Of a DNA stretch of 64,000 nt, positions 29,769-39,621 are shown one piece after another. The notes below the pieces were generated by a model that was not told where the DNA came from, did no database searches, and worked only from the letters and a program-made list of their open reading frames with translations. A program made the position numbers and the translations under genes. This DNA is from a virus, in the IMG/VR virus record IMGVR_UViG_3300035088_000014, positions 5,389 to 69,388 of that record, one strand, 5' to 3'. How positions within the stretch are numbered: position 1 is the first letter of the stretch; every line of letters starts with the position of its first letter.

Positions 29769-30131
29769 ATGTCAATCACACAAAAAGAAACCCTGGTCCC
29801 GGAACTCCATTCAAGGCTGGTCGTGTTCTCTGACCACTTCGGCCATGAGCACAAAGTCGTGGTACCGACGCATATTGCAGTCGAAGACCCGCTAAAGCTT
29901 TTCCCCGCCGGGCCGGTGAATATTCAGGAGTTCGATGCCCAGCTTGAAAACATCGAGAAGATGATGCGCGATCGAGAATTAGCGTTCCTCGGTCATTGCC
30001 TTCAGCATCCCGAGCACGCTTCGCATCCCTTGGTGCTCTCGCATCCTGATCATCCGGCAAACAAGAAGGCCGAACCTGGCTTTAGCGCCCTTGACAAAGC
30101 GATGCAGAAGGACTGTAAGGACTGTGGCTGA
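29769..30131 (+). CDS. Hypothetical His-rich protein
   Basis: 120 aa. Confidence 0.6.
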   Translation: MSITQKETLVPELHSRLVVFSDHFGHEHKVVVPTHIAVEDPLKLFPAGPVNIQEFDAQLENIEKMMRDRELAFLGHCLQHPEHASHPLVLSHPDHPANKKAEPGFSALDKAMQKDCKDCG

Positions 30132-30525
30132 AGTAACGATCCGGCAGGCGACACCTGAAGACTGGCCGGGAATTCTAAAGTGCCATGCCCAGATTGAAGA
30201 GAAGGTCGGCGCGAAGCTGGACTTACCGGAGTTGAACGATCCGGCGATTCTGGTCTTTGAAGTCGCGGTGTGCGACGGCGAAGTCATCAGCTTCAGCTAT
30301 CAGGAAAAAGCTATCGAGTACTGCATGGGCGGTACTGACCCGCGCGGTACGGCAGCATTCAAGGCGCGCGTCCCGGAGTTGTTTCGCGGTGCCAAGCAAA
30401 TAGGAATTCGTTTCATCCACTGCGCGGTTCCAGCGGAGTGCCCGGAAGTAGAAAAGCATTTAGAGCACGCGGGATTTTACTCGACCGCAGAAAAACTGAA
30501 GTACTTCAAACTCGATCTCCGTTAG
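30124..30525 (+). CDS. GNAT-fold acetyltransferase-like protein
   Basis: TIRQATPED start, LEHAGF end; position before ejection genes. Confidence 0.6.
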   Translation: MAEVTIRQATPEDWPGILKCHAQIEEKVGAKLDLPELNDPAILVFEVAVCDGEVISFSYQEKAIEYCMGGTDPRGTAAFKARVPELFRGAKQIGIRFIHCAVPAECPEVEKHLEHAGFYSTAEKLKYFKLDLR

Positions 30526-30537
30526 GAACCCAATACT

Positions 30538-31119
30538 ATGTCCCGTGGCGATTCTAAAAAAGTTACAAACGCCGGTCTGGCGAACAGCGCAGCCGATCAG
30601 GCCAACGCAGCCGCATCTTTCGCCGGTACCAACAAGGCGCTCGGCGACTACAGCGACCGCCTGAAAACCTTCATCAACGCCAATCCATACAAAGCCGGTG
30701 GCGAGTTCGCGCAAGACCAGTCCCAGATTGCGGCCTCGGCGGCAGACACCAGCTCCAGCGCCATCAGAGACAAACTCTCGCGCGATGCAATAACGTCCGG
30801 CGAAAACACCGGCGGTTACGCGAACAACGTCGCCGAAGCGCAGCGGCAAGCCACCCGGGACCAGGCGACCCACATGGCCGGCGCGGACGCTTCACGCATC
30901 GGCGCCAAAAGCGCGTATGACAAAGCAGGGCTTGATGCCAGCGCGTTACCGGCAGACCTGCAAGCCAGGCTCTACGGTACGTCGATCTCTGGCGCGAATG
31001 GAGCACTTGGAGTCGCAGGCGATTCGGCCAAGACGCCATCATTCTTCGACAGGTTGGGCGGAAGTTTTGCTGACGCATTCGGCAGGACGCTTGCTACCGG
31101 CACAGGCAGCAAGGATTAA
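30538..31119 (+). CDS. Internal virion/ejection protein
   Basis: A/G/S-rich helical; first of three genes of increasing size. Confidence 0.65.
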   Translation: MSRGDSKKVTNAGLANSAADQANAAASFAGTNKALGDYSDRLKTFINANPYKAGGEFAQDQSQIAASAADTSSSAIRDKLSRDAITSGENTGGYANNVAEAQRQATRDQATHMAGADASRIGAKSAYDKAGLDASALPADLQARLYGTSISGANGALGVAGDSAKTPSFFDRLGGSFADAFGRTLATGTGSKD

Positions 31120-31122
31120 CCC

Positions 31123-32760
31123 ATGATTGATGCCCAAGAATACACTCCAGACCCTCAAGACCCAACCATGACACTAGGCCAGCGCCTGCTTCGAGCTGGT
31201 GGCTCACGGATGCGAAATGCCGCGCTCGAAGACGAGCCCGCCGGTGAACCCAATGCCGGAGCCACGCCCAACACCAAAGAACCGCACCAGAATACCGGCG
31301 CGGCAGCACAAGGCGATTCGGCAGCACAGGCACCATCCGGCAAGTCATCTATCGGCCAGCGGATGCTCGGCGGCTCAAGCCCGACAGCCGGGATCACGGC
31401 CCACAACAACGACGGTTCACCGGCAGAGATGGCGACCGGAACGGATGAGGCGGGACGTCCGACGATCAGCGTCAAACCGACAACGCCAGCAGCTCCAACC
31501 ATCGGCCAGCGGCTGGCAAACTTCAAGGCACCGCCAACGGCACCGCAACTCGACCCTAATTACTCCGCTGCCCAGGAATCGGTACGCAAAGACTCGGTTG
31601 TTACCCCGAAGGTCGATGCTCAGGGAAACACGCTTCAGCAGTACAAGCCGGGATTCGGTACACGACTGCTGCGCGGAGTCGGCGACCTGATGAGCGGCGG
31701 CATCGGGGGGGTAATCAAGGGCGCGGTCGATCCAACGGCACCCGGGTTCTATGGCAAGGGCGCAGTGAACAACCAGTACACAAAGGACGAGGTTGCGCGG
31801 CAGAATAGGCTCGGCGCCGACAAGGCAGCGGTTTCCTCGATGGACGACGAATTCAACCAAAAAGAAAAGGGCTACGGCCACGAGCTGACGAGTTACAACG
31901 ACGAAGCGCGTGCGGCAGGAAAGGCCGACTCGGACGAGATTCGCAACAAGTACCAGACTGATCTCAATACCGAGCGCACGGCGCATAATAAAGAGACCGA
32001 AGACCTGCGGGCCGAAAATAACGACCTCAAGGCCAAACCGAAGACCTACGAGGAATACGTCGGTGCCCTCGAAAACGAGAAGGACCCGGGCAAGAAGGCC
32101 GTCCTGCAGCGCGTAGTGGATCGTCTGGAAAAACAGAAGACCGCCGGTAAGGGGCCGAAGCTCTCAGCCAAAGACCAGCTTAAGCTCGATGCCTACATGC
32201 AGGACAACAAGATTGATGACGTTGCCGACATGACCTCGGCTGACATCCAGAAAGCATTAGCCAGCGGCAACGGCGCAGCGCACACCAAAGACCGTCAGAG
32301 CTTTGAGGATCACTGGGCAAAGCGGTACCAGGATGTAGAGAAGCGGTACGATTCACAGCGTCAGGCCGTCTTGAAATCCTTTGGGGCCGACAAAGACCCG
32401 AAGGCATTCGAGAGCAACAAGGACGAAATCCAGCCCAAGCTTGCCGACATCGAAGCCAAGCGGGAAGCCGATAAATCCGCACTGCAATCCGAGAAAGACA
32501 AAGAAGCCGAGCAGTATCAGGTCTACGGGAAGCCAGCCAAACAACAGAGCGCAGCGCCAGCACAGTCCGAAGATTCAAAAATTGAGCAGCCTATCGCCTC
32601 GGTTCGTACCGGAGCGCCAGCACAACAGAAGCCATCTCCGGCAACACCGGGAGCGAAATCAATCAGCAAGGCCGATGTACAGGCTCTGGCGCAAAAGCAC
32701 GGTCTGAGTTACGAGGATGCGGCCAAGCAGTTCACCGGCAAAGGGTACGCGATCAACTAG
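31123..32760 (+). CDS. Internal virion/DNA-transfer protein
   Basis: 545 aa, charged coiled coil, T/I-GQR-L/M repeats. Confidence 0.65.
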   Translation: MIDAQEYTPDPQDPTMTLGQRLLRAGGSRMRNAALEDEPAGEPNAGATPNTKEPHQNTGAAAQGDSAAQAPSGKSSIGQRMLGGSSPTAGITAHNNDGSPAEMATGTDEAGRPTISVKPTTPAAPTIGQRLANFKAPPTAPQLDPNYSAAQESVRKDSVVTPKVDAQGNTLQQYKPGFGTRLLRGVGDLMSGGIGGVIKGAVDPTAPGFYGKGAVNNQYTKDEVARQNRLGADKAAVSSMDDEFNQKEKGYGHELTSYNDEARAAGKADSDEIRNKYQTDLNTERTAHNKETEDLRAENNDLKAKPKTYEEYVGALENEKDPGKKAVLQRVVDRLEKQKTAGKGPKLSAKDQLKLDAYMQDNKIDDVADMTSADIQKALASGNGAAHTKDRQSFEDHWAKRYQDVEKRYDSQRQAVLKSFGADKDPKAFESNKDEIQPKLADIEAKREADKSALQSEKDKEAEQYQVYGKPAKQQSAAPAQSEDSKIEQPIASVRTGAPAQQKPSPATPGAKSISKADVQALAQKHGLSYEDAAKQFTGKGYAIN

Positions 32761-33125
32761 GAGCGGGCAAGGTTCAGGAGTTCTCCGTTACGCGGAAAGA
32801 CCTTGTGGTAGTCCACGTGAGGATATGTTCGCTCCTGTAGAACTAACCTGTCCCCGGGTTTGCAGTGAATAACCCCGGAACTGCACGTAAGCTCTTTCCC
32901 GTTAACGCTGGTGATCTTTATGAAGCCTTTTGGCGAACCATCAGGGCCTAAGATCGTACCTACCACAGGGAGCACGTCGAATATTGGCGACACGATAGTC
33001 TGATCCCACTTCGACGGAGCCACAATCTCTTTCGGGATGCTGTACACCCTGAAGGGCCAGACACGCTCTGCTGCTTTACCGGCTAAAGCAAGAGCGGCGA
33101 GTTGCAGGAAATTTCTTCTATCCAT
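32757..33125 (-). CDS. Antisense protein with twin-arginine-like N-terminus
   Basis: GGGAG RBS; MDRRNFLQLAALALAG. Confidence 0.6.
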   Translation of the reverse strand: MDRRNFLQLAALALAGKAAERVWPFRVYSIPKEIVAPSKWDQTIVSPIFDVLPVVGTILGPDGSPKGFIKITSVNGKELTCSSGVIHCKPGDRLVLQERTYPHVDYHKVFPRNGELLNLARS

Positions 33126-33130
33126 GACGG

Positions 33131-33343
33131 CTACTCCCTGAAGTAACTGTGATCTGGCCAGCGGCGGCGAGCCTCTTCGATTGGCATTTCCTGAATGATA
33201 GTTACGCTGGATGAATGCCTTATCCACCAAATAAGTTCGCAGTTCGCGGAGCAGAAATCGTTCCGAGTAAGAGCGGTTGTTTCGTGGCGCGAAAACTCAC
33301 AACCGCACTCTTCGCAAGTATGTAGATCATCGCGCCCTTCCAT
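33131..33343 (-). CDS. Small antisense Zn-finger protein
   Basis: CEEC...FCSANC; extended -10 6 nt before ATG. Confidence 0.55.
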   Translation of the reverse strand: MEGRDDLHTCEECGCEFSRHETTALTRNDFCSANCELIWWIRHSSSVTIIQEMPIEEARRRWPDHSYFRE

Positions 33344-33359
33344 TCGCAAATAATATCAA

Positions 33360-36300
33360 ATGCCAACTGAAACACCAGACCTCGTTAGCGAGTACGAGGA
33401 TCAAAAACAATCCGCGCCTGATCTTGTTTCGGAATTTGAGCAGCAGAAGACCGCCCCGCAGCGTCCCGACTTCACCCAGGAAGCGCTTTCCGGAAAGCTG
33501 GCCCCCGTAGCCGGTAAGCCGCACGACCCTCAACTTGACCAGCCGATTCAGTACAACGCCAAAACCGGCCAGCCATATCAGGAGCCTTTGGTTCCTGAAG
33601 CCGAAGGCTGGAAAGACCCGCTGCTTCATATTGCCGCCGGTGCCGAACCGATAGCTACCGGGCTCTCGCGCATCAAAGAAAACTCCGCTCCCCCGGTAAG
33701 CCCACAGATGCCAGCCGCGCGCAGCAGCCGCGGCGGCCCCGCGGTGCTCCCGCAAGCACCGCACACCCCTGAGCAGGCGCAGCGTGATCGTCAGACCATG
33801 CTTGGCGGTGCCGAGGTGATGGAGGGCGCCAGCCAACTTGGAACCATAGCGCTACCGGCTGCTCTCGCTGGAGCACCGCTGAAAGTTGGCGCTGGCCTTG
33901 TTGCCGGAACACTCGCCAGCGAAGGAGCCGGTAAGGCGGTTCACGGCAAGGTATCCCCGGAAGCTGAACGGGCGATACGCGCAGCGTCATTCGTCATCCC
34001 CTCAGCCGCCGGCATGATGGCCGGATTGAAGTTCTCTGGCGCTGAGACTCCCGGCGGTGAAGCTAAGTTTTCAGGTGTTGAAGCCTTTGACGGAAAAGCC
34101 AAGGCCGCTTACGTTCGGACTCCGGAATCGATTCGGGCAGGCGCCAAGATCGGTGACACCCAGTTCGAAGTCAACATCCCGCGCAACGGCGCACAAGCTC
34201 CAGTAGCCACCCCGCCGCCAGTTATCGACGAAGCTACGGCCGCAATGGTCCGGTACGAGCAGAATGCCGGGAACATACCGAAGCCGTCTCCTCCAGTACA
34301 GCCGCCAACCCCGAGCCAAAAGGCAGGGATGGACAATAAGCTATCTGGGGATCAGGTTGAATTCATCGCCCATGTCATCTCTAAAGCACCGCCAGAGCAG
34401 CAAAACGCCTTAATCGAGGAGGCACACAAAAATATCAGCCAATGGCTGACGGACAACAATGGCCGTGTCTTCGTAGATGGCAAGGTAGTTTTGGCGAAGA
34501 ACCCGGATCAAGTTTCCGCTGTTGCGGCCAAGATCATCAATGACGCTTCGAGCGCACACGATAAAGCTCAAGACTTAGCTGCCAAGGAAGCCGAGAAAGC
34601 CGCAAAGGAAACCGAGAAGCAGACTACCGCGAAAACGGCCCGGCCATCAGCGCCGGCGCCTGCTCCTAAGCCTGCTGCCGCTCCAGCCAAGGTCGATGTA
34701 CAGCCAAAATCCGAAGCGCCACAGGGCCAGCCAGCAGCCGAGAAACCGGTTGTGCAAAAGGTTGAGGAAAATGCAACTTCGCAAAATCTGACCTCAAATG
34801 ATGTCAAAAAATCGGAAGCACCGCCTGAGCGCCGAGTTTGGCAAGATGGTCTGACAGAAGAGTTTAAAGGATTCGATAAAGATGGTCTTGGAGTATGGGA
34901 GCCGACTACCCAAAATCTTCCCGAAAAAGAGGCAACTTCGCAAATCGCGAAGAATGAAGTTCCTGACCTCGTAGCTCAGCACGAAGCCGCGCAGCACGAA
35001 GCCACTCCAGACCTAGTGGCTGAACACGAAGCGCAGCCGGAGCGCCGGACCAACCTGGACCAACGTAAGAAGGTTGCCGACATGTCACCGGAAGAACGCG
35101 CAAAAGCGCTGCTGACTTCGGACACGGTAGACCTTCCCAATAAAAGAGCATTCACCGAAGCGGAGCATGCCGGTAAGTCGCCAGCAGTCGCCATGTCTGA
35201 TGCTGACGGACTGAAAGCGCTGAACGACAAGTTTGGCTATGATGCCGGGAACGCGCTACTGAAAGCCAAGGCCGAAGCGCTGAAGGAAGCAGGACTCGAC
35301 TCATACCACGATAAGGGCGACGAATTCCTGCACCGCGGCGAGTCACCGGAAGACCTGAAGACCAAACTATCCAAGGCGCGGGACATACTCAAGAACCGCG
35401 TTATTTCGGTAGAAAAGTCTGACGGCACGGTACTAAAATTCAAGGGAGCAAATTTCTCTTATGGCACAGGAAAAGACCTCGACACCGCAGAAGCCGGACT
35501 CAAAGCCCACAAGTCCCAGCGAGAAGCAGCCGGAGAAAGAAAGCGTGGGGAGCTTCGAGGAATTGTTGAAGCTGGATCCGAAGCAAGTCAAGAAGATCAC
35601 GGTAGAACCGCAGAAGTAAAACTGCTTGAAGGTATCCCGGCCAAAGGTCATGCCGCGCGCGTCCCGGTAAAAAGCCTCACCCTGGCACCGAAAGAATTCC
35701 AGTACAAACTCAACACCAACGAGCACGGTGTCACGAACCTGCTCTCAGGCCAGAAGTGGAATGACGATCTGGCCGGCGTAGTCTCTATCTGGCACAACCC
35801 AGCGAACGGCAAGGCCTACGTGGTAAACGGTCACCATCGGGTTCAACTGGCAAAACAGAACGGCCAGAAGGACTTACTTGCCCGTCACCTGAATGTAGAT
35901 ACCGCCAGCGAAGCGCGGGCAGCAGGCGCATTGCAGAACATCGCCGAAGGGCGCGGTACACCCGTAGATGCCGCGAAGTTCTTCCGTGAGCGCGGCATCA
36001 CACCGGCAGACCTCGAAAAGCATGGTGTCTCGATGGGCGAAGCTACCGCCGAGAACGGGCTGGCCCTCTCAAAGCTCGATCCCTACCTCTTCGACAAAGT
36101 AGTCAACGGAGAACTGTCTCAGGGCCGTGGTATCGCCATCGGAAAAGCAACCGACAATCCAGCTACACAAGAAGCCGTCCTCAAACTGATCGAGAAAGCG
36201 GAGAAGCGCGGTCGCCGGATCACCGATGGGCAGGTGTCAGAGCTCGCCCGGTTCGCCGGTCGCGCCAAGGAAACTACCACAGAAGAAGGCGGTCTATTCG

Positions 36301-39110
36301 GCAAGTCCTTCCGCACAGAAAACAACGCTCTCGATAAAGCCGAAGTCTCGGATTACATCAAGCAGAAACTGATGCAGGAGAAGCGCGTCTTCGGCGCGGT
36401 ATCGAGCGAAGGCAAAGCCGAAGTCTTGGGGCAGGTAAAAGGCCAGAACATTAAGGCCGGAGCGAACCAGAAGATCGCATTGGAAGCCGCCCAGGCCGGA
36501 GAGCTTTATGATAAACTCAGCGCCAGCAGGGGGCCGATTGACGACATCCTCGAAACAGCCGCCCAGCGGCTCGCCAAACGCGAAAACCCTGCCACCGTCA
36601 AAGCCGATGCCTACAAGCAAGCCAGAACCGAACTCAGAAAAACTCTCTCCAGAGTCGAAGGACAGGGTACTGACGGAAATCAAAAAGATTCAGACCGAAG
36701 AAACGGCCATACAGAAGCCGACCGGCAAGCCTCAGTAAAACAGACTGAAGCTCTTGAACCTCTCCGCAGGCGTAAACCATCTGCCGAAGAACCGGCGCTT
36801 CCCGGCATGGCTCCGCACATTGAAGCCAGCAAGGAATCTGCTGCTGCAACTCAGGGCGAAGACCTCAGCAAAAGACTTACCGAGACAAAATCCATCAGCG
36901 GCAAGACAGGCGAGATGGAACGTAGCTCGCCACTGTTCCGCGACTCAGAAGCCAGCGGGCAGACAGGATTGTTTGGCGACCGCAGCGTAAAAGGGAAAGA
37001 GTCAGAGCGCGGCTTTGCCGCAGCCGACATCCCGGAAGTGCTGACTCGCGGTGTCGTCGAACCGGTAGCCAGCTTCGTAAAAGACACCATCAAGCAGACA
37101 GCCGAATCTCGCTCGGTAGACGACAAGCTCTTTGGCCTCTCCAAGCAGTACGAAGCCGATGTGCTGCGCGCCATCGAATTAATGAAGCAGGCCGGGCCGC
37201 TCTCCACACCGGAAGACCAGGCTGCAATCTATCACCATCTGGAAGACTCAAGCGTTCCGCTCGACTCAAAGCAGCAGTCCGTTCTCGACAAGATCGTCAA
37301 GCCTCTAATGCAGCAGTCCTCGGCCATCCGGTCAGAACTGAATAACGCCGGTGTACCGATGGGCGAAGAAGGCTATGTTCACCGTGTTGTGCAGGGCAAG
37401 TCTTCACAGCTAGAACGGGCGATGCGCGGCAAACAGGGAACTGGCAAGGGGAATGTACTTTCCAAATCGGCAGCGTCCCTGAAGCAGCGCAAGATGTTTG
37501 CGCTTGAGGATGAAGACGGCAACCGGCAAGTCGTCTCAATGGAAGGCGGCAGAATCACCGGCTTCAAGAACGGCGCGCCGGAAGACATGGGCGCGAGCCC
37601 TCGGTTAAAAGTTGGCGACAACTTCAACGACAAGACCGGCAAACCGTGGACGCTCCAGCAGGCCACCACCAAAGAGATTGAATCGGCCACAAACCTGAAG
37701 TATTACAAAAACGCCCTTGCCTCCGCGGTAACCGACTACCTGCAACTGCTGCGGGCCAAGCGCGCTAACGATGCGCTGGAATCCATGAAGTCCGATCCCG
37801 GCTTCAACCAGATGGCATTCAAGAGCGAAAAAGGCTCCATGCCGCCGGACGGCTGGCGGTCAGTCGATCTGCCGCAGTTCCGCGATTACTACTTTGAACC
37901 GCACATGGCCGAAGTGTTGAACCGGTTCGCCAAAGAACTGCATCCGGACCCGGTTACGTTCTTAGAGAAGGTCGGCAACTTCATGACCGCCTCTCTGCTA
38001 TTGAACCCGATTCCCCACATCCGTAACATTGCCAACCATGCGCTTATCGAACGCGGCGTTTCCGGCACAGTGAAGCTGCCGACCCCGACCACGATAAAGG
38101 CCGGAGTGAAGGCCATCAAAGCAGTCGCTACCCAGAACAAAGATTTCCTCTCGGCGCTCGATCACGGCGCGCCGATGATGTCCCACCGGACAGACCTGCA
38201 ACAGTTAAACCAAAAACTCTTTGAAACCATCGTCGGCCATCTGGAAAAGAACCCAGGCATTGCCGGTGAGATCGCGCGTCTCACTGGTTGGGACAAGGCC
38301 GACTCGGCAGATACCGGAGTAGTGAACACCCTATCGCGGGCGACCGGACTGCGCATGCTGAACAACCTGCGCAAGATGGGCCAGAAGGCGATGTGGATGT
38401 CGAACGACATATTCATGCTGCAAGCAGCCTACGAGAAGATGGCGCGAGATCCGAACATGGACTTTGAGCAGGCAATGGGCCTGACCGAGAAACACATCCC
38501 GAACTACCGCATACCGACGCGGATCATGAACTCGAAGATGCTCGGTGACTTCATGGGGAGCCGGCTGGCCTCGATGTTCGGACGCTATCACTACGGCAGA
38601 TGGAAGTCGTACTGGGAGATGGGCAAGGAAGTTGCCGGGCCAAGCAGTACGCCGAAGGAAAGACTGCGGGGACTCGACCACCTGATTATGCTTGGGCTTG
38701 TGACGTTCGTCGGATATGAACTATCGAAAGCCGTTCTCAAGAAGATCACCGGCGACAGGGACGCGCATATGGTTCCTGCTGGAGCTTCCACGATCCCTCT
38801 TGAAATAAAAGAGTTGATGGACGGCAACAAGGCACCGAATGACGTTATGCGTGACTCGTTCACTCCGGCAGTATTCCCGCAGACGGCAGCCGAGATTTTC
38901 TTTAACCGCAATTTTTACAGCGGAGCCCCGGTGTACAAGTGGCACAGGCATAGCCTTGGCAGTAATGCGGCTGAAATCTTGAAGTATGCCGGAAATACCC
39001 TAGGGCCGGTACAGCAATACAATCGAGCGCAAAAGAGTCACCACCCGGCAAAGTCATTTCTGTTGTCACAGGTCGGCGTGAGCACCAGCCATCCCAAGAA
39101 ACACCGATAG
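33360..39110 (+). CDS. Large polyvalent internal virion protein with GGDEF-like and ParB-like domains
   Basis: LPNKRAF, DADGLKALNDKFGYDAGNALL, KGDEF; VVNGHHR; helical C-terminal region; position of the largest ejection protein. Confidence 0.8.
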   Translation: MPTETPDLVSEYEDQKQSAPDLVSEFEQQKTAPQRPDFTQEALSGKLAPVAGKPHDPQLDQPIQYNAKTGQPYQEPLVPEAEGWKDPLLHIAAGAEPIATGLSRIKENSAPPVSPQMPAARSSRGGPAVLPQAPHTPEQAQRDRQTMLGGAEVMEGASQLGTIALPAALAGAPLKVGAGLVAGTLASEGAGKAVHGKVSPEAERAIRAASFVIPSAAGMMAGLKFSGAETPGGEAKFSGVEAFDGKAKAAYVRTPESIRAGAKIGDTQFEVNIPRNGAQAPVATPPPVIDEATAAMVRYEQNAGNIPKPSPPVQPPTPSQKAGMDNKLSGDQVEFIAHVISKAPPEQQNALIEEAHKNISQWLTDNNGRVFVDGKVVLAKNPDQVSAVAAKIINDASSAHDKAQDLAAKEAEKAAKETEKQTTAKTARPSAPAPAPKPAAAPAKVDVQPKSEAPQGQPAAEKPVVQKVEENATSQNLTSNDVKKSEAPPERRVWQDGLTEEFKGFDKDGLGVWEPTTQNLPEKEATSQIAKNEVPDLVAQHEAAQHEATPDLVAEHEAQPERRTNLDQRKKVADMSPEERAKALLTSDTVDLPNKRAFTEAEHAGKSPAVAMSDADGLKALNDKFGYDAGNALLKAKAEALKEAGLDSYHDKGDEFLHRGESPEDLKTKLSKARDILKNRVISVEKSDGTVLKFKGANFSYGTGKDLDTAEAGLKAHKSQREAAGERKRGELRGIVEAGSEASQEDHGRTAEVKLLEGIPAKGHAARVPVKSLTLAPKEFQYKLNTNEHGVTNLLSGQKWNDDLAGVVSIWHNPANGKAYVVNGHHRVQLAKQNGQKDLLARHLNVDTASEARAAGALQNIAEGRGTPVDAAKFFRERGITPADLEKHGVSMGEATAENGLALSKLDPYLFDKVVNGELSQGRGIAIGKATDNPATQEAVLKLIEKAEKRGRRITDGQVSELARFAGRAKETTTEEGGLFGKSFRTENNALDKAEVSDYIKQKLMQEKRVFGAVSSEGKAEVLGQVKGQNIKAGANQKIALEAAQAGELYDKLSASRGPIDDILETAAQRLAKRENPATVKADAYKQARTELRKTLSRVEGQGTDGNQKDSDRRNGHTEADRQASVKQTEALEPLRRRKPSAEEPALPGMAPHIEASKESAAATQGEDLSKRLTETKSISGKTGEMERSSPLFRDSEASGQTGLFGDRSVKGKESERGFAAADIPEVLTRGVVEPVASFVKDTIKQTAESRSVDDKLFGLSKQYEADVLRAIELMKQAGPLSTPEDQAAIYHHLEDSSVPLDSKQQSVLDKIVKPLMQQSSAIRSELNNAGVPMGEEGYVHRVVQGKSSQLERAMRGKQGTGKGNVLSKSAASLKQRKMFALEDEDGNRQVVSMEGGRITGFKNGAPEDMGASPRLKVGDNFNDKTGKPWTLQQATTKEIESATNLKYYKNALASAVTDYLQLLRAKRANDALESMKSDPGFNQMAFKSEKGSMPPDGWRSVDLPQFRDYYFEPHMAEVLNRFAKELHPDPVTFLEKVGNFMTASLLLNPIPHIRNIANHALIERGVSGTVKLPTPTTIKAGVKAIKAVATQNKDFLSALDHGAPMMSHRTDLQQLNQKLFETIVGHLEKNPGIAGEIARLTGWDKADSADTGVVNTLSRATGLRMLNNLRKMGQKAMWMSNDIFMLQAAYEKMARDPNMDFEQAMGLTEKHIPNYRIPTRIMNSKMLGDFMGSRLASMFGRYHYGRWKSYWEMGKEVAGPSSTPKERLRGLDHLIMLGLVTFVGYELSKAVLKKITGDRDAHMVPAGASTIPLEIKELMDGNKAPNDVMRDSFTPAVFPQTAAEIFFNRNFYSGAPVYKWHRHSLGSNAAEILKYAGNTLGPVQQYNRAQKSHHPAKSFLLSQVGVSTSHPKKHR

Positions 39111-39120
39111 GAAGTACACC

Positions 39121-39621
39121 ATGTCCGAAGAAGTAAAAGCAGTAAAACTGAAACCGCTGACCAAGAAGCAACTTCAATTTGTTTCTTTCTGGGAAGGAAA
39201 CAATACCGACGCAGCACGCAAAGCAGGCTTGAAACATCCGAATGTGGCCGGCGCGAAGATGATGAAATTCCCGGCGGTCAAGGCTGCAATCGAACAGAAG
39301 AAAGCAGCCATTGCAGCCGCGACAAAAGCTATCGTCGTTGCCTCCGGTACAGAACTCGGTACGGCCATCGGCCAAGCAATCACCAAAGACTCGCTAGCGC
39401 AAAGAGCATGGGAAATCTCAAAGGCTGGCCCGGACAATATGGGCATGTACACCAGTCAGGTCAACGCTCTGAAATTTCTCGGCGAGTTGTTGAAGTACAC
39501 CGGAGATGCGCAAGAAGGCGAAATCAAGAGTGGCGTAATCCAGCGCGAAAACGGCGAAGTAGAAGTCTATCAATCGAAGTGGATAAAGCAGCAACCCATT
39601 GAGCACAGTCCAGGTAATTGA
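39121..39621 (+). CDS. terS: Terminase small subunit
   Basis: LTKKQLQFV...NNTDAARKAG HTH, ALKFLG. Confidence 0.85.
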   Translation: MSEEVKAVKLKPLTKKQLQFVSFWEGNNTDAARKAGLKHPNVAGAKMMKFPAVKAAIEQKKAAIAAATKAIVVASGTELGTAIGQAITKDSLAQRAWEISKAGPDNMGMYTSQVNALKFLGELLKYTGDAQEGEIKSGVIQRENGEVEVYQSKWIKQQPIEHSPGN

